From NCBI GenBank assembly GCA_965219995.1, contig CBDCOX010000002.1, positions 1,440,001-1,504,000 on the forward strand: DNA of 64,000 nt, written 5' to 3'. The translations under genes were made by a program, and so were the position numbers. Of this stretch, positions 28,509 through 38,201 are shown piece by piece (the stretch's first letter is position 1; each line of letters begins with the position of its first letter). The notes below the pieces were generated by a model. The model searched no databases, was not told the origin of the DNA, and was given only the letters and a program-made list of their open reading frames with translations. Source of the DNA: Candidatus Latescibacterota bacterium. GTDB lineage: Bacteria; Latescibacterota; UBA2968; GCA-2709665.

Positions 28509-29354
28509 CTACGCGTCGGCCAGTGCGGCCGGGTCGAACGTCCGAACGTGCGCGTCGCCGCCGCCGGCCGTCCCCTTCCACGCGTAGGGGTCTTCTCCCG
28601 CCACCATAATGATGCCCCTGTAGTCGGCCCTCGCCATCCTTCCGTCGTCCGGCGTGTGCCACGGCAGAAGAGAGTAAGCATTCATATAGTGATTCACCAG
28701 GACCCGCCGGAACCGGTCGGAGCGGTTCTTTCGCGAACGGTGCAACAGGTAGCCGTTGAAAAAGACCACAGCTCCCGCACCGCAGGTCACCGGCATTTCG
28801 CCATCGTCGTCGAAGCCGTAGGACTCCTGGGCGGAGTCGAACTCCTCAGGCCGCCCGTGCGAACGCTGGGGATACAGATAACCGGACCGGTGGGATCCGG
28901 GAAGCACCCACATGCACCCGTTTTCCACGGTCGCGTCGTCCAGCGCGTACCAGGCGCCGGTGAGGCTTCTGTCACGCGTGGGGATGTACACCTCGTCCTG
29001 ATGCCAGGCCTGCCCGGGAAACCCGGGCGGCTTGATGAAGAGCATGGTCTGCATGCACTTGACGTCCGGCGCCACCAGCCGTGAAAGCGCCCTGGCAACC
29101 TTCCGATGCGCGAGGGCCCTCCGCATGAACGGACTGATGTGGTGCGGCTGGTGGATGCACAGGTATTGCGAAAGGGCGGCTTCGTCGGACATCGCGTTGG
29201 GCACCGGTTTTAGATTCTCGCTCTTGTACGCTCCGCGACAGAGCTTTACCGCATCACCACGAATAGACGCCACGTCCTCTTCGCTCAAAAGCTCTTCGAC
29301 GACAAGATACCCCTGGTCCCGGTAAGACTCGACCTGTGCGATCGACAGTTCCAT
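28509..29354 (-). CDS. phytanoyl-CoA dioxygenase (PhyH) family protein
   Basis: WHQDE, DDATVENGC, PGSH, LHRS motifs. Confidence 0.92.
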   Translation of the reverse strand: MELSIAQVESYRDQGYLVVEELLSEEDVASIRGDAVKLCRGAYKSENLKPVPNAMSDEAALSQYLCIHQPHHISPFMRRALAHRKVARALSRLVAPDVKCMQTMLFIKPPGFPGQAWHQDEVYIPTRDRSLTGAWYALDDATVENGCMWVLPGSHRSGYLYPQRSHGRPEEFDSAQESYGFDDDGEMPVTCGAGAVVFFNGYLLHRSRKNRSDRFRRVLVNHYMNAYSLLPWHTPDDGRMARADYRGIIMVAGEDPYAWKGTAGGGDAHVRTFDPAALADA

Positions 29355-29498
29355 CGTGGATCCCCGCGTGTACGACGGTCTTCGTTGACATAACTTACTG
29401 AAAAATAAGCGCGGCATTCCTCAAAGTCAATGCCGGCCGTTACCGTCCCGGTTCCAACAATATCGTTCCGGGCGTCCCGCAATCAACGCCGGAGGTCT

Positions 29499-30638
29499 CT
29501 ACCCGGATTTCGACGAGGATCTCACCTGATCGTACACCGCCTCAAGCCGGATACCCAGCTTCCGCATATCGTGGGCGTCTTCCGCGTGCGCGCGCCCCGC
29601 CCGGCCCATGTCGTCCCGAAGACGGCCGGAGCCCAGCAGCGCATCCAGACCCTCCGCCAGTCCGTCCGCGTCCCGTTCCGGGAACAACAACGAGCACCGG
29701 CCGTCGGGTGCGACCGTCGGGATGTCTGCATGGAGCGACGAGACGATCGGCAGCCCGGAGGCCATCGCTTCGATCAACGCCACCGGCGCCCCCCCTTCCG
29801 TGTCGCCGTCCGAGGCGGTCACGCTCGGATACAACAGCACGGCTGCCCGTGCAAGTTCCGCGAGACACGCCGCGTGGGGCAACATACCCAACAGGACGAC
29901 GCGGTCTCCGAGCCCGAGCCGGGCGATTTCCCTTTCCACCTCCGAACGCAATTCGCCGTCGCCGATAATGCGCACCTTCAGGCCGGGATGCGACCCAAGG
30001 ATTTTCCGGCAAGCCCGGAGCCCGTAAACGTGTCCCTTTTTCTCACGGAAGTTGGCGTACATCAGTACCACCGCCTCCTCCCTGGCCTCCGGCGGAGACT
30101 GCGCGATCTTCACGAGGTCGACGCCCAGACGGTGAAGGTGGATCTTATCGGGCGGGCAACCGATGGAGACGAGCGATTCGCCCATATGCGGCCCCTCCAC
30201 CAGGAAGCGTTCTCCCTCGCGAAACAGCCGCCGAAACCGGCGCCTCCACAGCCGCCGGCGCGGCAGCGCGGACGCGTCCATCCCATAGAACGTGGTCACC
30301 ATTGGCACGCCCGCGCTGCGGCGCGCCGCCAGGCAGAAATATCCCTCCTGCCCGAAATGGGCATGTGCGATCGCGGTGCGTTCCTCTCTGAGGACATTCC
30401 CGTAGCCGGCGTACGTTCCCCGGAATTTGCGTATCACCCTGTAGACCGACCTGCGCAGCCGCGGCAGGTCTTCGCTCGAATGTAGCGTTTCAACCGGAAA
30501 TACGTCCTCATTGCGCCGTGCCTGTGTCAACACGACGGGCCGATATCGCGTGAGGCTGCGAATCTGGTCGTAACACCAGACCATGGTCAGGGTCAGGAAC
30601 GGATTCGCGCAGTGCGCCACCGTTGGCTTTTCCGGCAT
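29499..30638 (-). CDS. glycosyltransferase family 4 (WcaL-like)
   Basis: HAHFG, EKKG, GDTEGGAPVALIEAMASGLP motifs. Confidence 0.9.
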   Translation of the reverse strand: MPEKPTVAHCANPFLTLTMVWCYDQIRSLTRYRPVVLTQARRNEDVFPVETLHSSEDLPRLRRSVYRVIRKFRGTYAGYGNVLREERTAIAHAHFGQEGYFCLAARRSAGVPMVTTFYGMDASALPRRRLWRRRFRRLFREGERFLVEGPHMGESLVSIGCPPDKIHLHRLGVDLVKIAQSPPEAREEAVVLMYANFREKKGHVYGLRACRKILGSHPGLKVRIIGDGELRSEVEREIARLGLGDRVVLLGMLPHAACLAELARAAVLLYPSVTASDGDTEGGAPVALIEAMASGLPIVSSLHADIPTVAPDGRCSLLFPERDADGLAEGLDALLGSGRLRDDMGRAGRAHAEDAHDMRKLGIRLEAVYDQVRSSSKSG

Positions 30639-30728
30639 TCACAGATCCTCTCGATCGTACTGACGGGGACCATTCCGCGGCGCCTGGCGGATCGTCCGGC
30701 AGCGCGTGTTCCCGCCGTGACGAAACAC

Positions 30729-30757
30729 TTGACACCCCGCGCCGCTTCGCATAATAT
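30729..30757 (+). promoter_or_regulatory. sigma70-like promoter for the rhamnulokinase gene
   Basis: TTGACA-N17-TAATAT upstream of an AGGAG RBS and ATG 30812. Confidence 0.5.
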
Positions 30758-30811
30758 CGCAAACGATCAACCTGTGCACAACGCGAACATGGCGGACAGG
30801 AAGGAGTCTCG

Positions 30812-32302
30812 ATGTCACAGACCTATCTCGCCTTCGATCTCGGCGCGTCCAGCGGTCGGGCTGTGATCGGCCGCTTCGACGGAAGGGCCGTCGAACTCGA
30901 GGAAATCCACCGCTTCACCAACGGCCCGGTCTCCGTTGCGGGAGGGCTCTATTGGGATGCCCTTCGGCTCTATGACGAAATGCTCGCCGGGCTTCGAAAA
31001 TGCGTGCAGATCTCCGGACCGGAGTTCGCGGGAATCGGCATCGACACCTGGGGCGTGGATTTCGCGCTCCTGGACAGCGGCGACGAACTCCTGGGGAATC
31101 CCCGATGCTATCGGGATTCGCGCGTCCGGGGAATGATGGAAAGGGCGTTCGGCCGCGTCTCCAGAGAAGAAATCTTCGAACAGACCGGCCTGCAGTTTCT
31201 GGAAATCAATACGCTCTATCAGCTGCTGTCGATGGTGGAGAGGAATGCCTCGCGTCTGCGAATGGCTCGCGCATTCCTGATGATGCCGGACCTGTTCAAC
31301 TTCTGGTTGACCGGGCGCAAGGTTTGCGAGTTTTCGAACGCCACCACCACCCAGTTCTATAACCCGGGAACCGGCGGATGGGCAGCCGACCTGCTGGACC
31401 GGCTCGACATCCCCGTCGACATGCTTCCCGAAATCGTTCCGCCGGGAACGTCCCTCGGAGCGCTTCGCCCGGAGATTGCGGCGGATGCCGGCGTCCGTTC
31501 CGGCGACGTGATCGCCCCGGCGTGTCACGACACCGGATCTGCCGTGGCGGCCGTTCCCTTTTCGGACACCGACGCGGCGTACATCAGTTCCGGTACCTGG
31601 GCGCTGCTCGGCGCGGAACTGCCGGCCCCGAACGTAACCCCTGAAGCCCTTCGGTTCAACTTCACCAACGAAGGCGGCGTCTGCGGCACCTTCCGCTTTT
31701 TGAAGAACGTCACCGGGCTGTGGATCGTCCAGGAGTGCAGACGCGTCTGGGAGAACCAGGGGCGCGACTTTTCGTTTTCCGACCTCGTCCTGCTGGCGGA
31801 AGCGGCGCCCGCATTGACCTCGTTCATCGACCCCGACCACCCGGAATTCGTTGAGCCGGGAGATATGCCTGCGCGGATCCGCGCGTACTGCAAGCGGACG
31901 GGACAGACCGAACCCGCCACCGACGGCGCCGTCATCCGGTGCGCCCTGGAGAGTCTCGCCCTCAAGTGCCGACACGTCCTGGATGATCTCGAGTCGGTCC
32001 TCAACCGGAAATTGCACACCATCCACGTCGTGGGCGGGGGTATCCGGAACACCCTCTTGAACCAGTTTACCGCCAATGCCGCCGGACGCCCGGTTGTCAC
32101 GGGTCCGGCCGAAGCCACCGCGCTGGGAAACGTACTCGTGCAGGCATACGCAAGGCGAGAAATCGACTCCCTCGCCGGTATCCGCGAAGTCGTGCGCAAC
32201 TCCACGAAACTCGCGACCTTCGAGCCCCATTGCGGCGACGCGTGGGAAGACGCGTACGGCCGGTTCCGGCGGTTGGTGAACGATCAGACCGGCCTCGACT
32301 GA
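30812..32302 (+). CDS. rhaB: rhamnulokinase family FGGY kinase
   Basis: DLGASSGR, GIDTWGVD, HDTGSAV, SSGTW, NEGG, KNVTGLW motifs. Confidence 0.88.
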   Translation: MSQTYLAFDLGASSGRAVIGRFDGRAVELEEIHRFTNGPVSVAGGLYWDALRLYDEMLAGLRKCVQISGPEFAGIGIDTWGVDFALLDSGDELLGNPRCYRDSRVRGMMERAFGRVSREEIFEQTGLQFLEINTLYQLLSMVERNASRLRMARAFLMMPDLFNFWLTGRKVCEFSNATTTQFYNPGTGGWAADLLDRLDIPVDMLPEIVPPGTSLGALRPEIAADAGVRSGDVIAPACHDTGSAVAAVPFSDTDAAYISSGTWALLGAELPAPNVTPEALRFNFTNEGGVCGTFRFLKNVTGLWIVQECRRVWENQGRDFSFSDLVLLAEAAPALTSFIDPDHPEFVEPGDMPARIRAYCKRTGQTEPATDGAVIRCALESLALKCRHVLDDLESVLNRKLHTIHVVGGGIRNTLLNQFTANAAGRPVVTGPAEATALGNVLVQAYARREIDSLAGIREVVRNSTKLATFEPHCGDAWEDAYGRFRRLVNDQTGLD

Positions 32303-32321
32303 GAAAAGCGGCGCCCGGCAA

Positions 32322-35300
32322 TCAGAAGAGGCTGAGCTGGTCCGCCTGCCTGACCCGCCGCTGTGCGGTCAGGCGTTCCCGCTTCAGGAGTTCCGTCGGA
32401 ATATCCTCGAAGAACCGGGACGGCTCCGGGCGGGTCCGTTCGCCGAAACGCAACCTGCTCCGCGCGCAGAGCATCACGGCCTCGTCCTTCGCACGGGTCA
32501 ATCCTACGAATAACAGCCGCCGTTCTTCCTCCGGGTCCGCGTCCGCGTGCGGAATCAGACCCTCCTCGACGCCGCAGATAAAGACCACGGGAAATTCCAG
32601 CCCCTTGGATGCATGCAGGGTTGACAACGTCACAGCCTCGGCCCGTGGGCGCGTGGCGCCGCCGATGCGTATATAGTCGGCATCGGCGCCCAATACCAGC
32701 GTATTGAGAAAACTCCGTACGGTATCGAAGTTGACCGCCATCCGCGCCAGGCGGGCCAGATCGTCGTCGTTTTCCGACGACGCCACGTCCTGCCACGCGC
32801 TCACCAGCGTCTCGACGGATTCGGTTTTCGCCATTTTCCTGAATGCCGCCGCGGCATCCCGAAGCGCCGAAACCTTCTCACGGACGGACGCCGGCAGGTT
32901 GCCGGCGGCGATGCCGTCAGCCGAGCGGTGGACCCGGTTGAGCGCCGCCATTCCGGGATGAAATACGGGAATCGCCAGCGCGCGCGAGAGGCGCACGCGT
33001 TCCACGGGAAGGAACGCGTAATTGAAAAACGCGATCGCGTGCCGCACGGGCTCCGCCGAGAGGAACCCCTTCTGACCCACCACGCGGTATGGCAGTCCTT
33101 CTTCCACAAAGCAACGCTCTATCGCCTCCGCCTGCCGGCCGGTCCTGAACAACACGGCAAAATCCGACAGGCCGCGGTCTTTCCGTCCCGCTACCGAATC
33201 CCCACCTCCGATCTCGTCGGCCTGAAGCATATCGGCGCCGCCCATCAACCGGCTGATCTCGCGGACCACCGCAATCCCCTCCGCCGTCTCACCCGCAACG
33301 GAAACCAGGCGGACGTCAAAGCCCTCTCCGCGGACCGCATCCAACCGGCGTTGACCCCGGATCACGGACGCTGCCGTATCGATCACCTGCCGTGTGGAGC
33401 GATATGTTCTCTTCAGAACAAACGTCCGTGCAGCCGGAAGATCCTCGCGCAGCCTGCGAAAATACACGGGACTCGCCCCCCGGAATCCGTAGATGGCCTG
33501 GTCAGGATCGCCGATGACGAACAGACCCGCCCCATCGCTGGAGAGCTCCGTCACGAGCCTGTACTGCACCGCATTCACGTCTTGAAACTCGTCCACCAGG
33601 ACGTGCGCGAACCGGTTTCGGACCCGGTCGGTAGCTGCGTCGCCTTTCCGCAGCATTGCCAGGAATTCCAGCAGAATGTCGTCGTAATCCCACACGTCCA
33701 GCTTACGCAAGCGTTCCTGGTAGGCCTGGTAGACCGCGTGCAACGCCTCCGGCGCCTCCGCCTCCGGATCGGTCTTCGCACGCGAGATCGCCGACCGTAC
33801 ATCTCTGACGGAGAGACCGGCATCTGCGTCGGCGACGGCCTCGGCCAACACCCGCGTCGCTTCCACCTCATCGATCACCTGGCGCATCTCCCGCGACCGG
33901 CCGGACTTCATCAGATCCAGCGCCGTGGCGTGGAACGTGCCCAGCATCAAACCGTCCAGCCCCGTGGCCCGGGGCAACAGCGCGCGAACGCGTTCCCGCA
34001 TCTCCGCGGCGGCCTTATTCGTAAACGTGACCGCCAGGATGGACTCCGGCGGCACGCCCTCCTCTCCAATCAGCCGCGCGACACGATGGGTCAATACCCG
34101 TGTCTTGCCCGTGCCCGGACCCGCCTCTACGATCACCGGACCGGCGTCACAGAAAACAGCCGCCCGCTGTACTTCGTCCAATCCGCCCGTGTCCGCGACG
34201 TCGCCTGTCACTTGCGCTTCACCGTTCCCGCCAGCGGGCGCTTCGGCCTGCGGCGGCGTTTTGGATGCCGTCACCGGCGTCGGCGCTTCCGGACCGGAGG
34301 GCAGATCGAACAGCGCGGGCTGGCGGCTCAGCCGGGCGCGGTCCTCCTCCGAGAACACCTGGATCCGTCCGTACACACCGTCGTAGCCGGCCGCGATCTC
34401 CACCTCCCCGGCCCGCATCCGGCGTACGCCCTCCCCCACGAGCGGTTCGCCGGCGGCGGCAATCGCCTCGGGGGACGCATCCCGCAAGATGGTGAGTTCA
34501 GGCCCCAGGTCCGCGAGCAGCCTTTCGTACACCCCCTGGACTCTCTTGCTGGTTGGCCCCACCCCCAATACGGAACCGATGACTTCCTGAAGTGGAATCA
34601 GATTCTCATACGGCGGCGCCACGGCGGGCCTCTCTCCTTCCGCCCTGTCGGCCAACTGCTCGACGCGGTGCAGCACCCCGACTGTCAACCGCCTGCCGCA
34701 CTCCGGGCACAGACAGTCCGCGTCGAGCGACTGCCTCGGCTCCCAGCAGATTCCGCACTTCCGATGTCCGTCCAGGTGATACTTGCCTTCTTCGGGATAG
34801 AACTCCAGCGTCCCCAGGAACCGTTCGGGGTCTCGTGTCTTCAGCGCATCGTACATGCCACGATAGGACAGATCGGTATCGAAACAGGTGGCCTCCCGCG
34901 CCAGTTTCTGCGGGGAATGCGCGTCCGAATTGGAAACGATCGCATACCTGTCCAGCATCGACAGCCGCCAGTTCATCGGCGGGTCTGACGAGAGTCCGGT
35001 CTCCACGACGAAGATCGCCGGCAGCATGTCCTCGAAGCACTCCTCGAGGGTGTCGAACCCGGAACTGGCGCCCAGCACCGCAAAATGGGGCGTCCAGATA
35101 TGCGCCGGAATGAACAGCACGTCGTCGGCCGCTTCCATGCAGATTTCCACGAGGTCCCGGCTGTCCAGGCCCAGGATAGGCCGACCGTCCGATTTCAGAT
35201 TTCCGATGTCTCCCAGGCGGGCATTCAACCGCTCCACGGCTTCAAACCCGGACATCAGCACCACGTGGTGCACCTTGCGGGTCCTGTCGTTCTTCTTGTA

Positions 35301-35591
35301 GATCACGCTGATCTCGGTGGACAGGACGAAACGCACCGGTCCCCGGCACCGTTCCGGGAGGTCTTTGTCCACCGCGGCCTGGAAGGCCGGCTTTAGCCGG
35401 AACAGCCCCTCCTCCGCGGGCTCCAGGCGGTCCTTCAATTCGTCGATCCATTCGGGATGGGTGAAATCGCCCGTCCCGACCACGTTTACGCCCTTGAGCG
35501 CGGACCACTTATATAGATTCTCCGGGTTCAGTTGACGGCTGGTCGCCCTGGAAAACCGGGAGTGCAGATGTACGTCCGCCACAAATCGCAT
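32322..35591 (-). CDS. Endonuclease Q-like PHP domain fused to UvrD/PcrA-like SF1 helicase
   Basis: N-terminal DVHLHSRFS, GTGDFTHP, SNSDAHS, GKYH..GH..C...CPEC; C-terminal GPGTGKT, DEFQD, GDPDQAIYGFRG, HASKGLEF, EERRLLFVGLTRA. Confidence 0.9.
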   Translation of the reverse strand: MRFVADVHLHSRFSRATSRQLNPENLYKWSALKGVNVVGTGDFTHPEWIDELKDRLEPAEEGLFRLKPAFQAAVDKDLPERCRGPVRFVLSTEISVIYKKNDRTRKVHHVVLMSGFEAVERLNARLGDIGNLKSDGRPILGLDSRDLVEICMEAADDVLFIPAHIWTPHFAVLGASSGFDTLEECFEDMLPAIFVVETGLSSDPPMNWRLSMLDRYAIVSNSDAHSPQKLAREATCFDTDLSYRGMYDALKTRDPERFLGTLEFYPEEGKYHLDGHRKCGICWEPRQSLDADCLCPECGRRLTVGVLHRVEQLADRAEGERPAVAPPYENLIPLQEVIGSVLGVGPTSKRVQGVYERLLADLGPELTILRDASPEAIAAAGEPLVGEGVRRMRAGEVEIAAGYDGVYGRIQVFSEEDRARLSRQPALFDLPSGPEAPTPVTASKTPPQAEAPAGGNGEAQVTGDVADTGGLDEVQRAAVFCDAGPVIVEAGPGTGKTRVLTHRVARLIGEEGVPPESILAVTFTNKAAAEMRERVRALLPRATGLDGLMLGTFHATALDLMKSGRSREMRQVIDEVEATRVLAEAVADADAGLSVRDVRSAISRAKTDPEAEAPEALHAVYQAYQERLRKLDVWDYDDILLEFLAMLRKGDAATDRVRNRFAHVLVDEFQDVNAVQYRLVTELSSDGAGLFVIGDPDQAIYGFRGASPVYFRRLREDLPAARTFVLKRTYRSTRQVIDTAASVIRGQRRLDAVRGEGFDVRLVSVAGETAEGIAVVREISRLMGGADMLQADEIGGGDSVAGRKDRGLSDFAVLFRTGRQAEAIERCFVEEGLPYRVVGQKGFLSAEPVRHAIAFFNYAFLPVERVRLSRALAIPVFHPGMAALNRVHRSADGIAAGNLPASVREKVSALRDAAAAFRKMAKTESVETLVSAWQDVASSENDDDLARLARMAVNFDTVRSFLNTLVLGADADYIRIGGATRPRAEAVTLSTLHASKGLEFPVVFICGVEEGLIPHADADPEEERRLLFVGLTRAKDEAVMLCARSRLRFGERTRPEPSRFFEDIPTELLKRERLTAQRRVRQADQLSLF

Positions 35592-35620
35592 CGTGGTTCC
35601 TCTAGCCTACGTGATTTACA

Positions 35621-35737
35621 AACATGGACTTACATGGACTTACATGGATGGACAGGATGAACAGGATTAAAACCAAAAAGCGCGAGAAGACGAGAAGACA
35701 AAAAAAACTCGAGAAAACGAGAAGACGAAAAAACGCG
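35621..35737. repeat. short tandem repeats: ACATGGA(CTT) x3 and two ~27-bp purine-rich units
   Basis: ACATGGACTT ACATGGACTT ACATGGATGGACAGGATGAACAGGAT, then CGAGAAGACGAGAAGAC and CGAGAAAACGAGAAGAC. Confidence 0.7.
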
Positions 35738-35851
35738 GAAAAACCAGTAACTGCAGTGAGTCAAATCATCATAGAACGCGCGTCGTCACTCCGCCCACTC
35801 TGAAACCCGAATTTGTACTGGCCGGCCCGACTCGGGTGGCCGTCGCCGACC

Positions 35852-36451
35852 TCAAATGTCGTACGAAGGCTTCACGTCCCTATCGTATTTGTCGCGACTG
35901 GCCGACACGCATTGAAAAACCTGGTAACCGTTGATTTCGACCCACATGTAGATCCTGTGGCAGATGTCGCAGACCCTCAGGACGTGGCCGCCGGGACGCT
36001 TCTCTTCGCGGTACATGATATCGTCATAGCCACCGAGAAGGCGTGCGATATCGTCCCTGGAACTTCGATCGAGGAGCAACCCGATAATCTCACGCGGAAG
36101 GTCGGCCGCGGCCTGGCGCAGACGATTTGTGTCCGTGTCCCAGGGGGATTTGAGCCCAGACCCGCAGGCGCACCAGCGTTCGCCCATATCCCAGTCCTTA
36201 CGAAACCACCACTGGTCGAGGATACGTCTGCAAGACATGCAGAATTCGTACGAATCCGCGGGATCCATACCCTCATTCCGGATCAGATCGCCGATCCGGT
36301 CGCGCTCATTTTGCGGCAAGTCTCCGAGCTTTATCGTGGGCGTGTGACACCACCGGCATCGACGGGAACTTTTCCGTAGAAACAAAACCAGCGCGATAAA
36401 CCCGACGATCAGAAGCGCCGAGAAAACCAGATGCCCGGTTCCCATCAACAT
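35852..36451 (-). CDS. hypothetical membrane-anchored Cys-rich (putative Zn-binding) protein, paralog B
   Basis: N-terminal TM helix; CRWC, CMSC, CAC, CDIC motifs; collinear with 36502-37098. Confidence 0.8.
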   Translation of the reverse strand: MLMGTGHLVFSALLIVGFIALVLFLRKSSRRCRWCHTPTIKLGDLPQNERDRIGDLIRNEGMDPADSYEFCMSCRRILDQWWFRKDWDMGERWCACGSGLKSPWDTDTNRLRQAAADLPREIIGLLLDRSSRDDIARLLGGYDDIMYREEKRPGGHVLRVCDICHRIYMWVEINGYQVFQCVSASRDKYDRDVKPSYDI

Positions 36452-36501
36452 TACTCCTTAGCCGATCCCGCGGGTGTGCGGCGCCGCTCTTTCGCGCATT
36501 T

Positions 36502-37098
36502 TCAGGTTTCCATCTGGCGGCGGTCTGATACCCGCTCGTATTTTTCACGCCCCGACGACACACACTGAAAGACCTGAAAACCCTTGATCTCAACCCACAT
36601 ATATATCCGGTGGCAGATATCGCACACCCGAAGCGGATGCTCTTCCGGACTCCGCTCGAAGCGGTAATCAAGATCGTCATATCCGCGACGGAGGTGCGCC
36701 ATGTCGTCGGGAGTATATCGCTCTGAAAGCAATGTGATAACAGCCGGAGGCAGGTCCGCCACCGCCTTCCGGAGTTTCCCTGGATCGACATCCCACGGAA
36801 TCGACAGTTCATAGCCGCAAGCGCACCACCTGTCGTGCATATCCCAGTCCGACTGAAACCACCACTCGTCGAAAATCCGCCGGCAGACCTCGCATAACTC
36901 ATACGACAACGCGGGATCCATTCCCTCTTCTTGGATCAGATCGTTGATCTGCCCACGCACCGCGTCCGGCAACTTCCCGAGCTTTACCGTTGACTTATGG
37001 CACCAGGCGCATTGGTGGTTGCCCCTCCGGATAATCACGATCACCACGATGGGCACTGCAATCACGACTGCCGCGAAAATCAGATACCAGATTATCAT
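36502..37098 (-). CDS. hypothetical membrane-anchored Cys-rich (putative Zn-binding) protein, paralog A
   Basis: N-terminal TM helix; CAWC, CEVC, CAC, CDIC motifs; shares LRVCDICHRIYMWVEI with its neighbour. Confidence 0.8.
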   Translation of the reverse strand: MIIWYLIFAAVVIAVPIVVIVIIRRGNHQCAWCHKSTVKLGKLPDAVRGQINDLIQEEGMDPALSYELCEVCRRIFDEWWFQSDWDMHDRWCACGYELSIPWDVDPGKLRKAVADLPPAVITLLSERYTPDDMAHLRRGYDDLDYRFERSPEEHPLRVCDICHRIYMWVEIKGFQVFQCVSSGREKYERVSDRRQMET

Positions 37099-37331
37099 TG
37101 CGATTTACCCTCGCCGTTCACCGGATCGCGTGGCAAGAACAGAATCGCCGTTGTATCCGGCAGGAAATGTACTGTTCAGTATAGCGTTTCGCCGTTCGAA
37201 ATACAAGCACCGAGACAATGGCGAAGCCTGCCAATTCGCGCAGTCGACGACTCACGCATTCAGGTGATTAGCGAGGCCCAACCCGCTTGACCTTAACGTG
37301 CGTATCCGGCGACAGTTACGCCCAAATCCGA

Positions 37332-37360
37332 TTGACCGAACGTTCGATTCCGCCTATATT
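37332..37360 (+). promoter_or_regulatory. sigma70-like promoter with overlapping palindrome CGAACGTTCG
   Basis: TTGACC-N17-TATATT upstream of the MNT-HEPN pair. Confidence 0.45.
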
Positions 37361-37438
37361 GCTGCACTAATTCTCCGGTAGACATCAAGGCGTGCGTACT
37401 TATTGCCCACCGTTCGCAGGGAAGCCATTGATATACTT

Positions 37439-37765
37439 ATGAAGACGTCAGGAATCGACCAGAGTACGCTGGATGAAATCACTCGGCGCGTCGTTGAGGT
37501 CGCCCGACCGGAGAAGATCATCCTGTTCGGGTCCGCCGCACGGGGCGAGATGAACCGTCACAGCGACGTGGACCTGCTTATCATCAAAGACGGCGCGGAT
37601 GCGCTTGAACTTATGGGCGAAATCTATATGAATCTCGATGGCGTCGGCGCAACCGTTGACGCTGTTGTCGTCACGCCCGACGACGTAGAGCGGTATAACA
37701 ACAGCGACCCGGTGATCATCAGACCTGCGCCGCGGGAGGGAAAGGTGGTATATGAGTCCTCCTGA
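37439..37765 (+). CDS. minimal nucleotidyltransferase (MNT)
   Basis: IILFGSAARG...SDVD (GS-x10-DxD). Confidence 0.88.
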   Translation: MKTSGIDQSTLDEITRRVVEVARPEKIILFGSAARGEMNRHSDVDLLIIKDGADALELMGEIYMNLDGVGATVDAVVVTPDDVERYNNSDPVIIRPAPREGKVVYESS

Positions 37766-38156
37766 GCGGTACCCGCCCGATGATCCGCGGGAATGGCTGA
37801 ACCGGGCTAGGAGTAGTCTGGCAATGGCTAAGAACCGAATTCCTGATGCCTATCTGGAAGATCTGTGCTTCCAGGCCCAACAGGCAGCCGAAAAGGCCAT
37901 CAAGGCAGTGATGATCGAGTGCGGCATCGACTTCCCATATGTGAGTGATTTAGCCCGGCTGCTATCCCTGCTTGAAGAAGGAGGAGAGAGCATCCCGGAG
38001 ATGGTCGTCAAGGCTGAGGAACTTACCCCATACGCTTTGATCACACGCTATCCTGGAACCGTCGGGCCTGTTGGTGAACAAGATTATATGGATGCGGTTA
38101 AGAATGCCGAAGTCGTCATTCGCTGGGCAGAGGAATGCATATCGGGATTCCCCTAG
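37752..38156 (+). CDS. HEPN domain protein
   Basis: CFQAQQAAEKAIKA, RYPG motifs; overlaps the MNT gene. Confidence 0.88.
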   Translation: MSPPERYPPDDPREWLNRARSSLAMAKNRIPDAYLEDLCFQAQQAAEKAIKAVMIECGIDFPYVSDLARLLSLLEEGGESIPEMVVKAEELTPYALITRYPGTVGPVGEQDYMDAVKNAEVVIRWAEECISGFP

Positions 38157-38201
38157 AACGCAAGTGTCTGGCCGAAACCCTTAAGGCGAGAAGATCAGAT
38201 C

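Noticed and set aside
32928-34988. 686-aa plus-strand ORF
   Set aside because: Antisense to the EndoQ-UvrD gene; no recognisable motifs.
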